Position numbers and translations under genes: made by a program. DNA of 40,204 bases from Rhodospirillales bacterium (GTDB taxonomy: Bacteria; Pseudomonadota; Alphaproteobacteria; Rhodospirillales; UBA2165). The notes beneath the pieces were generated by a model. It was not told the DNA's origin. It was given only the letters and a program-made list of their open reading frames with translations, and did not search any database. How positions within the stretch are numbered: the stretch's first letter is position 1; each line of letters begins with the position of its first letter. Positions 9,436 through 17,981 of this stretch are shown here, one piece after another. Where the stretch lies: contig JAYGEH010000233.1 of NCBI GenBank assembly GCA_046582475.1, positions 1-40,204 on the forward strand, read 5' to 3'.

Positions 9436-9720
9436 ATGGGCGCCATTAGCGCCCAGATTTACCGGCACATTGTTTTTCCGCATCTGGTGCCGAGCTTGTT
9501 CACGGTCATGCGGCTCGGCATGACCACAACACTTCTCGGTATTATCCTGGCCGAGCCGTATGCGACGCGGAAGGGATTTGGATATTACCCGCCGTTCTAT
9601 GCTGAATCGTTCGAACCCCAGAATTTGTTTGCGCTTGTTGCAATGATTGCCGCCGCCGCTATCATTCTCAACGAATTTCTGCGCCTGGCGGAAACCTATT
9701 TCGGCCGCTGGCGGAATTAA
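9436..9720 (+). pseudogene. C-terminal part of a NitT/TauT-type ABC permease
   Basis: QIYRHIVFPHLVPSLFTVMRLG..LLGIILAE..GFGY..RLAETYFGRWRN; the N-terminal transmembrane half is missing. Confidence 0.75.
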
Positions 9721-9789
9721 ACTTCACCCTGGCCGCTGCTGGCGGCAAGTGCATCACCCATCACGATTTCTCAACCTAGGTATTGCGAT

Positions 9790-10908
9790 TTGAACCATCA
9801 AGGCAGGATCGACGGAATAGTGACGGCAATGGCTGGGGCCGGGCTCGATATCCTATTCGCCTTTTCGCCCGCCGCCCATCATGTGGATTTTGGCGACGGC
9901 GTCGCCCTGATTAGCGGGGTCAAGCCCATGGGGCCGGCATTTGCGGTGCTAAAAAGCGATGGCGCCTCGGCCCTGGTGGTCACGCCGGTCTGGGATGGCA
10001 TTCGCGCCGAAGCCGGGGCCCGCACCGATCAGGTGACGGCAACCGATGATCTGGCCGGTAGCTTTGCCGCCATGTACGGAAACCATCTGCCCGCATCGGC
10101 GCGCATCGGCATCGCCGATCTCGGCAAGATGGCGCATGGCACGGCGGCCGCCATCACGGCTTTGACCGGCACCGGATTCAAGGATTATTCCGCCCAACTC
10201 TTTACCTTGGCGGCACACAAAACCGATGCCGAAATCGAAAACGCCCGTCAAGCCACGGTCATCGGCGAGCGCACCTATCAATATATGCTCGAAGCGGCGG
10301 AACCGGGCATGCCCGAATGCCAGCTTGCCGCCGATATGAAATGCTATTCCCGCTCCCTCGGCGCCGATGACAACTTCATGATGTTCCACGCCGAAGCCCA
10401 TCCTCTGGCGGTGCAGCCGTCGGGCGAGCGGAAACTCGAAAAGGGCGATTTGATCCTGGCCGAGATCACGCCCAGCTACCGGGGCCAGTTCTCGCAAATC
10501 TGCCGGACCGCGGCCCTGGGAACGCCAACCGATGAACAATCTGAAAAATACGCGCTTGTGGTGCGGGCCATGAATAACGGCATTGCCGCCGCCCGGCCTG
10601 GCGTTCCGATGAAAGACATCTGCCTTGGTATCGATGCGGTTCTGCGTGATGCGGGTTACGGAGAATATTGCGAGCCGCCCTATATGAACCGCCGTGGCCA
10701 CGGGCTGGGCATTACCTCGACGGCGCCGGGAAACGTGGCCTTAAAAAACGAAACAATCCTCGAAGACGGCATGTTTTTCGTCGTCCACCCCAATCAATAT
10801 ATTCCCGAGACCGGTTATTTCCTTTGCGGCGAGCCGATCTTGATCCGACAGCTGAGCGCCGAAATTCTGACAACCAGCCGTGCCGCCCTGGGCGTCAGCG
10901 GCAGCTAA
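9790..10908 (+). CDS. M24 (Xaa-Pro peptidase/creatinase fold) protein with non-canonical metal ligands
   Basis: Creatinase-N-like domain, 'KTDAEIE', 'RKLEKGDLILAEI', 'RGHGLG', 'LEDGMFFVVHP'. Confidence 0.88.
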   Translation: MNHQGRIDGIVTAMAGAGLDILFAFSPAAHHVDFGDGVALISGVKPMGPAFAVLKSDGASALVVTPVWDGIRAEAGARTDQVTATDDLAGSFAAMYGNHLPASARIGIADLGKMAHGTAAAITALTGTGFKDYSAQLFTLAAHKTDAEIENARQATVIGERTYQYMLEAAEPGMPECQLAADMKCYSRSLGADDNFMMFHAEAHPLAVQPSGERKLEKGDLILAEITPSYRGQFSQICRTAALGTPTDEQSEKYALVVRAMNNGIAAARPGVPMKDICLGIDAVLRDAGYGEYCEPPYMNRRGHGLGITSTAPGNVALKNETILEDGMFFVVHPNQYIPETGYFLCGEPILIRQLSAEILTTSRAALGVSGS

Positions 10909-10925
10909 GGGTGAGAGCCTAATCC

Positions 10926-12032
10926 ATGCAGACCATGCACCTCGCCTTGCCCGTCGGCGCCTTCGGTTGGGACAACAACCCGCTTGATGAAAAGGAATTC
11001 CGGGGGCGCATCGACGCCATGCGCGCCATCATGGAGAGGCGCGGCTGGTCTGCCATCGTGGTCTTCGGTGATATTCCGGAATCGGGATTGCTTACCTATG
11101 TCAGCAATTTCGCGCCCCGTCTGAGCGCCGCCTTCGCCCTGATCCCGCTGACCGGCGAGCCGGAATTATTGACCCTGGATGGCGGCCGCATGGTCAATGC
11201 CGGCAGGGAAACGACCTGGATCAAAAATGTCAGCCCGGCGTCCGATATCGCCGGCCAGTTCCAGGAATGGCTGGATCAGTTGGGGGCCGGTGCGCGGCTC
11301 GGATTGGCTGGTTTCGCCATCATGCCCGCCGCCATTTTTGATAAAATCTCGCCGCTCGCTGGCATCGCATCGGGCGAGGATGCGACCGCCCTGATTGGCG
11401 GTTTGGCGCGGCGCAAGAGCCCGGCCGAGTTGGCCATCATCCGCGTCAATTGCGGCTTGCTGCAAGCAGCAGCCGCCGCCGCCGCCAAAGCCCATGAAGA
11501 TGGCGCCAGCGCCGCCACCGCTGTCATGGCGGGAGAGCGCAACGCACGCCAGGCCGGCGTCCAGGATGTCCGCTGCCTCTATAGCGTCGATGGCGGTCAA
11601 TCGTTCAGGCCCTATGAGGGGCTGGACACGGCGCGCGGCGATCCTTCGATTGTCTATATGGCGCTCCGCGCCCGCGGCTATTGGGTCGATGGTTTCATCA
11701 CCCTCGGCAATGGCGCCGCCGCTCATCAGGCCGCCGCCTGCGTATTGGCAAACGCCTTCGCCGCCATCGGTGCCCGAAAATCGGTTGGCGAATTGCAGCG
11801 TGCCGCTGGCCAGGCCGGCGGCCACCCCATGTTGGCGGGGTCTTTGGGCGGCGGCATCGGCGTATCGGCGGAAGAGGTGCCGCGCCTGGATGAAGAAGGC
11901 CAAATTTTTCAAGCCGGCGATGTTGTCTCGGTAAAAATCAGTCTCGGCGATGCCGCCACTGGCTACGGCTGGGCATCAAGCCTGTTGTCGATCGGCGAAG
12001 GCGAAAATGAAGTGCTCTGGACGTCCGGCTGA
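10926..12032 (+). CDS. Degenerate M24/creatinase-fold protein (no recognisable metal ligands)
   Basis: 'EFRGRIDAMRAIM', 'RKSPAELAIIR', 'GGGIGVSAEEVP' in place of GHGIG, 'FQAGDVVSV'. Confidence 0.8.
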   Translation: MQTMHLALPVGAFGWDNNPLDEKEFRGRIDAMRAIMERRGWSAIVVFGDIPESGLLTYVSNFAPRLSAAFALIPLTGEPELLTLDGGRMVNAGRETTWIKNVSPASDIAGQFQEWLDQLGAGARLGLAGFAIMPAAIFDKISPLAGIASGEDATALIGGLARRKSPAELAIIRVNCGLLQAAAAAAAKAHEDGASAATAVMAGERNARQAGVQDVRCLYSVDGGQSFRPYEGLDTARGDPSIVYMALRARGYWVDGFITLGNGAAAHQAAACVLANAFAAIGARKSVGELQRAAGQAGGHPMLAGSLGGGIGVSAEEVPRLDEEGQIFQAGDVVSVKISLGDAATGYGWASSLLSIGEGENEVLWTSG

Positions 12033-12059
12033 CACCGGGACCGTTCGATCGCGCACCGT

Positions 12060-13802
12060 CTATGTTTTCATTTCGCTGCGCAGGCTTTCGGTGGCGCCGG
12101 CGTCCAGTTGCAAATCGCCGGCGCCGATGACGACGCCGTAATGTTCCGCCGCGCCGGCAACCGATACCAACCCCTGCATCACATCCGATAGCACAAGTTC
12201 CGCATTCCGTTCGAGCGGATCACCCCAGCCGCCGCCGCCGCCGGTGCGCACGATCATCTGGGTTTCCGCCGGCACCGTATGGCGCGCGGTCAATACCGGG
12301 GAAAAGCCGGTTTCGCCCGGTTTGCGCATCTGATAGCCGCCGGTGGCACCGGGCTTGCCGCCCCACAATCCCCAGGCCGGGCAGGTGTCGCCGCGCTTCG
12401 GCGGCTCGCAAATCCAGTTGCCTTCGACAAAATTACGCACCGTGGTCCTGATGCCGAAACCGCCCCGGTATTTTCCGGGACCGCCGGAATCGGCACGCAA
12501 CTCGCGGCTTTCAATCATCACCGGACATTTCAATTCGATGCCTTCGATGGTGGCATTGCGGACATCGCCCTGGCAGACGCTGACCGTCGCGGACTCGCCG
12601 TCTTCGAATGGCCGCCCGCCCCAGCCGCCGCCTTCGATGCTCTGCACAATGAAGCGCCGGTTGGTTTTCGGATTGATGCCGGTGAACACCACCGGGCCGC
12701 CGAGGAGGCCGAAATGGCCGGCCGGCACATTGTCCTTCATGCCCGGCGCCAGCGCCTTGACGATGGTATCGACCACCGTCGGGACCACCGTCGACCACAT
12801 GCACATGGGCGCCGGGAAGCGCGCCATCATGATGTTGCCTTCCGGAATTTCCACTTTCAGCGCGCGGAACGAGCCCTCGTTGACCGGTTCGGTTGGCGCC
12901 GTCAGGGCCTTGTAGGCAACCCGGGCGCCGGCATAGGTGCGCGAATTGACCGCGGCCTTGCGCTCGCCCGAGCATCCCGACAGATCGATTTCCATATCGC
13001 TGCCGGCAACGGTGACCTTGGCATGGATGCGCACCGGATTGCCGATATCGATGCCGTCGTCGGTGAGGAACGATTCAGCTTCGTAGATGCCATCTGGAAT
13101 TCCGGTCACCACGTTGCGGCATTTTTGCTCGGTCTCATCGAAGATCCGGTCGAGGCCGGTTAGAATCGTATGGGCGCCATATCTTTCGAACAATTCTTCC
13201 AGGCGCCGGATCGCCAGGCGGCAGGCGGCGATCTGCGAGCGCATGTCGCCGAGCGATGATTCCGGGAACCGGATATTGTCGCGGATCACTTTATAGAGCG
13301 TCTCGTTGCGGACCCCGACCTCGTAAATCTTCAGTTGATCCAACTGCAAGCCTTCCATCCAAGGGTCCACCACATCGGCGCCGCCGCCGAAACCGGTGCT
13401 CATTCCGCCGACATCGATCCAATGGGCGCGGACCATGGAAAAGAATTGCAGGTCTCCTTCGAAAAAAAATGGCACGTAAATGACAATATTGTTGAGATGC
13501 TGGCCGGCCACTTTTTGATGGTTGGTGATGATCACATCACCGGGCGAAAACCCTTCATCGCCGGTTTTTTCGAAGCCATCGACGATGATGACGCCGAGAT
13601 CGGCGACGAAGTGGGAAACGCCGCCGACATTCTGCGAAACCAGCTCGCCGTTGGGTTTGACGATCGCGGTGCAGAAATCGCGAACCTCGTAAATCATCAT
13701 ATTATAGGATGTGCGCTGCAGATCGGCCGCCATCTCGTTGGCGATGGCCGGAAAGCCGTTGCGGATGACTTCCAGGGTGACGGGATCGAGTTTATCGTTC
13801 AT
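12060..13802 (-). CDS. hyuB: Hydantoinase B / oxoprolinase family protein
   Basis: DPVTLEVIRN, 'E.RDFC', 'RAHWIDVGG', 'DNIRFP', 'DSGGPGKYRGG', 'TGGGGGWGDP'. Confidence 0.93.
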   Translation of the reverse strand: MNDKLDPVTLEVIRNGFPAIANEMAADLQRTSYNMMIYEVRDFCTAIVKPNGELVSQNVGGVSHFVADLGVIIVDGFEKTGDEGFSPGDVIITNHQKVAGQHLNNIVIYVPFFFEGDLQFFSMVRAHWIDVGGMSTGFGGGADVVDPWMEGLQLDQLKIYEVGVRNETLYKVIRDNIRFPESSLGDMRSQIAACRLAIRRLEELFERYGAHTILTGLDRIFDETEQKCRNVVTGIPDGIYEAESFLTDDGIDIGNPVRIHAKVTVAGSDMEIDLSGCSGERKAAVNSRTYAGARVAYKALTAPTEPVNEGSFRALKVEIPEGNIMMARFPAPMCMWSTVVPTVVDTIVKALAPGMKDNVPAGHFGLLGGPVVFTGINPKTNRRFIVQSIEGGGWGGRPFEDGESATVSVCQGDVRNATIEGIELKCPVMIESRELRADSGGPGKYRGGFGIRTTVRNFVEGNWICEPPKRGDTCPAWGLWGGKPGATGGYQMRKPGETGFSPVLTARHTVPAETQMIVRTGGGGGWGDPLERNAELVLSDVMQGLVSVAGAAEHYGVVIGAGDLQLDAGATESLRSEMKT

Positions 13803-15835
13803 CGGCTTGTCCCTAGGGTAATGATCAACTCGCCGGTATCGGTCACAACACAGGTGTCACCGGCGAACATTACGGTTGTCGAGGCATATTCCTGGATCAG
13901 GGCGGGCCCGGTAATTTCATACCCCGATACCAATTGGCGGCGGTCATAGACCGGGCAATCGACGGCGACCTCTGGGTCATCAAAATAGACCGGCCGCCGC
14001 GCCGCAACGATATCGCTGCCGCCGCCCACATCGGGCAGTTTCAGCGCCGCCCGCTTGACGGTCGCAACCAGGCGGTAATTGACCATCTCGACCGGCTCGT
14101 CGGCGGCGTGATGGGCGTAGCGCTGCTCGTGCAAGTCATCAAAGGCCTTGCGGATACCGGCGGCATCGGCGGTTTCGATCTGCGCCAGATCGATGGGCAC
14201 CTGGAGGGTAAATTCCTGGCCCACATAGCGGAGGTCGAGCTTGATCTGGACTTCCATGGTATCGCTCAACTTCAGCGCCTGCTCGGCCACCGAGCGCATG
14301 TCCCGGTGGATGGTCAGCAATTCGCCGAAATCGACATCATTGATATTGGCAAGATAGGTCTGGATGAAATCCTGGCGTTCGTCAGCCATCAGCATGCCGA
14401 GGGCCGAAAAATGCGCCGGGAACAGCGGGATGATCACCGTCGGAATGTGCAATTCCGCCGCGATGGCGACCGCGTGCAGGGGCCCGGCGCCACCCGACGC
14501 GATCAACACGAAGTCGCGGGGATCATAACCCTTTTCCACCGATACCTCGCGCACCGCCAACGACATCTTGGTGACCGCGATTTCGATGATGGCGCCGGCG
14601 ACGGCATTGACGTTCATGCCCAATTTATCGGCAAGCTGTTCCTTTGTGCCGCTTAACGCGCCGTCCGTGTCGAGGGACATTTCGCCGCCGAGAAAGTCTG
14701 CCGCCCCAACCCGTCCGAGGATGACGTTGGCATCGGTGATCGTCGGCTCGGTGCCGCCGGCCCGGTAACAGATCGGCCCCGGATCGGCGCCCGAACTTTG
14801 CGGGCCCACTTTCAACGCGCCGACCTCGTCAATCCAGGCGATACTGCCGCCGCCGGCGCCAACCTCGACAACGTCCACCACCGGCGACATCACCGGATCA
14901 CCGCTGGCGTAACCGCCGACATAATAGCCCTCGGCCATGGTCGGATAGCCGCCCCGGATGAGACTGGTTTTCGCCGTGGTACCGCCCATGTCGAACGATA
15001 TGACATTTTCGAAGCCGAGCGCGCGGCCGATTTCCGCCGACGCGATGATGCCGCCAACCGGCCCCGATTCCATCATCGTGACGGGCTTTTGCACCGCCAC
15101 CTCGGGTGTCATGACGCCGCCGTTCGATTGCATGATCGACAATTCGCCGGTAAAGCCGATGGCCTTCAACCGTTCCTCAAGATCGCGTACATAACCGCTC
15201 ATACGGGGGCCGATATAGGCGTTCACCACGGTCGTCGAGGTGCGTTCGAACTCGCGGTATTCCCGCATGATTTCGTGCGACAGCGATACGTACCAATCGG
15301 GGTTGGCGGATTTGAGGATTTCGCCGACCACCTGTTCATGTTCGGGATTGGCATAGGCATGCAAAAAGCAAACGGCGACTGCATCGACATCTTCACCTTT
15401 CAATTGCTCACAGAGCGCCGCCGCCTGTTCCCGGTTTAAGGCTTCGTGGGTGGAGCCGTCGGCAAGCATGCGCTCGTCCACTTCAAAGGTCAGCCGGCGC
15501 TCGGCCAATGGGCGATGCTGGTGGAACATCAGATTGTAGGATTCGGGCCGGTTGCCGCGCCCGATGATGTAAACATCGCGCGTCCCCTTGGTTACCAGTA
15601 GCGCAGTTTTAGCGCCTTTTCGCTCGATCAATGTATTGATCGCCTGGGTCGTGCCGTGAATGATTTCGCCGGTCCCGGAAATATCCAAGCCGCTTTTTTC
15701 GATGCAATCGATAATGGCTTGTGCCAGATCGCCGGGTGTCGAAAGGCTCTTTGCCTGATAGAATTTTTGCGTGTTGTGGTCGAACGCCATCAGATCGGTG
15801 AATGTGCCGCCGATGTCAACTGCCAGAATATTCAA
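13799..15835 (-). CDS. hyuA: Hydantoinase A / oxoprolinase family protein (ATP-binding subunit)
   Basis: VDIGGTFTD, HGTT, SGPVGG, DMGGTT, GAGGGS, GPICY; TTG start; 4-bp overlap with hyuB. Confidence 0.94.
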   Translation of the reverse strand: MNILAVDIGGTFTDLMAFDHNTQKFYQAKSLSTPGDLAQAIIDCIEKSGLDISGTGEIIHGTTQAINTLIERKGAKTALLVTKGTRDVYIIGRGNRPESYNLMFHQHRPLAERRLTFEVDERMLADGSTHEALNREQAAALCEQLKGEDVDAVAVCFLHAYANPEHEQVVGEILKSANPDWYVSLSHEIMREYREFERTSTTVVNAYIGPRMSGYVRDLEERLKAIGFTGELSIMQSNGGVMTPEVAVQKPVTMMESGPVGGIIASAEIGRALGFENVISFDMGGTTAKTSLIRGGYPTMAEGYYVGGYASGDPVMSPVVDVVEVGAGGGSIAWIDEVGALKVGPQSSGADPGPICYRAGGTEPTITDANVILGRVGAADFLGGEMSLDTDGALSGTKEQLADKLGMNVNAVAGAIIEIAVTKMSLAVREVSVEKGYDPRDFVLIASGGAGPLHAVAIAAELHIPTVIIPLFPAHFSALGMLMADERQDFIQTYLANINDVDFGELLTIHRDMRSVAEQALKLSDTMEVQIKLDLRYVGQEFTLQVPIDLAQIETADAAGIRKAFDDLHEQRYAHHAADEPVEMVNYRLVATVKRAALKLPDVGGGSDIVAARRPVYFDDPEVAVDCPVYDRRQLVSGYEITGPALIQEYASTTVMFAGDTCVVTDTGELIITLGTSR

Positions 15836-15986
15836 CGAATGCCCCCCTTTGGTGTCATGGCACTTTCGCGAAACTTTATTCGCCCAGATCTTATTCCTAT
15901 TGGCTAATTCTAAAATTATGTTGGAAACTCAACAAGCACCGGATTGTTGAGAATTAAAATTTTTCACTTCTTGCTGGGATCCCGCC

Positions 15987-16306
15987 ATGGCGAAATTAAA
16001 AATCAAGGCTTTGACCGGCCAATACGAAATTGTCCGCGCTCTCCGCGAAGGCGAGGTCGAAGCGAAAGCCATCAATTTTGAATTCCTGTCGTTTCCAGGC
16101 AAGCGCGATATCCATGTGCCCGAAATACGCGAAACGGCGGACCTCGGCGAATTTAACGCCGGCGCCCATATCGGAAATAAATGCCGCGGCCACCGCTGAC
16201 GGCGCTTCCCATATTCCTGCATCGCCGCTTTCGCCACGGCTTTGTCTTCATCAACAATTCCAAAGGCATCCAGGCGCCTTCGGATTTGATCAGCAGGGGG
16301 ATTTAA
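15987..16306 (+). pseudogene. Frameshifted, truncated 4,5-dihydroxyphthalate decarboxylase (Pht5/OphC)-family gene
   Basis: MAKLKIKALTGQYEIVRALREGEV..; after a frameshift near 16195 it continues LTALPIFLHRRFRHGFVFINNSKGIQAPSDLI (family motif P.F..R.FRH), then ends at TAA 16304-16306. Confidence 0.72.
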
Positions 16307-16308
16307 TC

Positions 16309-17244
16309 ATGGCGAAGCCCAATCGCATCGACGTCCATCATCACATCGCGCCGCCCGAATATATTCAGGCGTTATCGCCGGCGGCGCGCATGCCGCCGCC
16401 GTTAAAAAATTGGACACCGGAACGCTCGATCGAGACCATGGACGAAGGTGGCGTTGATCTTTCCCTCACCTCGATCACGCTTCCAGGTCTCTGGTTCGGC
16501 GATCTTGCAAAGGCGCGGCGGATGGCCCGCATGTGCAACGATTATGCGGCGCAGCTACGATCGGACTATCCGGGCCGCTTTGGTATGTTCGTCAACATGC
16601 CGCTTCCCGATGTCGACGGCAGCCTGGCCGAGATCGAATACGGGATGGATCAGCTTAATGCGGACGGCGTCGTTCTGTTCACCAGCTATGGCGATGTGTG
16701 GCTGGGCGATCCGGCTTATGACGCCGTCTATGAGGAACTGAACCGGCGCAAGGCCGTCGTCTACACCCATCCGATGACGCCCCATTGCTGTGCAAATATT
16801 TTACCCGGCATTCCCGATTCCGTCATCGAATACCAGACCGATACCTCGCGGGCCATCGCGCGGGTGGTGTTCGGCGGCATGGCGGCCAAATATCCGGATA
16901 TTCGGTTCATCTGGTCCCATGGCGGCGGAACCATGCCATTCCTGGTCGAACGTTATATCAAACTGGGGGAACTTCCAGAATCGGCCGAGGCGGTTCCGGG
17001 CGGTTTCCTGGCCGTCGCCGGCAAATTCTTTTACGACACAGCCCAAGTCGTCAACGAGGCGGCGATGCTGGCCTTGCGCTCCGTGGCGTCCGCCGACAAC
17101 ATTGTCTTTGGCACCGACTTTCCGTTTCTTTCGGCCGATTATCACACCAAGGGGCTGTCCGCATCGGGGGTATTCAACGCCGAGGAGTTACGCGGCGTTG
17201 ACCGCGACAACATCCTCAGGTGGCTGCCGCAATACGCAAAATAG
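16309..17244 (+). CDS. Amidohydrolase_2 family protein (ACMSD / aromatic acid decarboxylase-like)
   Basis: IDVHHH, 'VYTHP', 'SHGGG', 'FYDTA', 'FGTDFPF'; likely ATG at 16309 behind AGGGGG. Confidence 0.9.
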   Translation: MAKPNRIDVHHHIAPPEYIQALSPAARMPPPLKNWTPERSIETMDEGGVDLSLTSITLPGLWFGDLAKARRMARMCNDYAAQLRSDYPGRFGMFVNMPLPDVDGSLAEIEYGMDQLNADGVVLFTSYGDVWLGDPAYDAVYEELNRRKAVVYTHPMTPHCCANILPGIPDSVIEYQTDTSRAIARVVFGGMAAKYPDIRFIWSHGGGTMPFLVERYIKLGELPESAEAVPGGFLAVAGKFFYDTAQVVNEAAMLALRSVASADNIVFGTDFPFLSADYHTKGLSASGVFNAEELRGVDRDNILRWLPQYAK

Positions 17245-17287
17245 CGGACCGTAGCTGGTAATTATTTCTCAACCGGAAGGAATGAGC

Positions 17288-17850
17288 CTACGAAAATAAT
17301 CGCGCCCACAATCCAGGTGACACTGTTTTGCCGTCAATTTTGGAAACACTCACTTTGGCGACATCGGCGCTGGACCCCGAATTATCGGTGGTCGCCATCA
17401 GCATCGGCACCAAGGAATTCATGCTCGGCACGTCGAAGTCCTTGGCGTAAGGCGTCTTCCAGTGGCCAAACTGGCCGATCATCAATAGCGTATCGGGACA
17501 GATACCCTGGCGCAGCACGGCGCGGCCCGTGGTCACGCCGATCGGTGAGCGGATTTCGATTTGGCCGCCGTCGGCGATCCCTATTTCGTGCGCGCAGCCG
17601 GTATTGATTATGACACCGCCGTGGCCGGCGATATTATCGGCAACCTCTTTGATCATCGGGATACCGGCGTTGGCTCCCCAGGCAAATTGCATGCTGCGTG
17701 ACGACAACAGCCAAAAGGGATAGTCGCTGCTTTCGATTTTGTAGGTGTCTTCGTAAGCGCGCTCCCAGATGCCCGGCACGTCGTGCCAATCGGGTAGCGC
17801 CTTATATTCCGCAAGTTACGTATCCCACCAGGAAATGTCCCGTTCCACAT
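17288..17850 (-). pseudogene. C-terminal remnant of a DMSO-reductase-family molybdopterin oxidoreductase (bis-MGD binding domain; possibly PadB-like)
   Basis: YPFWLLSSRSMQF..VIIN...A..IGIADG..IEIRSPIG...GRA.LRQGI.PDT..GQFGHW. Upstream ISWWDT*LAEYKALPDW has an in-frame TAA at 17816-17818; most of the protein is absent. Confidence 0.8.
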
Positions 17851-17981
17851 GCGGAGCTTGACTTAGGGGCCTTAATACAGAAGTTTGAAATCGCACCGAG
17901 TTAATTTTTTGGTAAATTAACGCTAAGATTTGGCCAGTTCGAAGACCGAATTTAATACAATAACTCAACGGGAGATGGAAA

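Noticed and set aside
16030-16308. N-terminal extension of the amidohydrolase in the ORF track
   Set aside because: It is an off-frame read through the Pht5-like pseudogene; the RBS and IDVHHH motif support ATG 16309.
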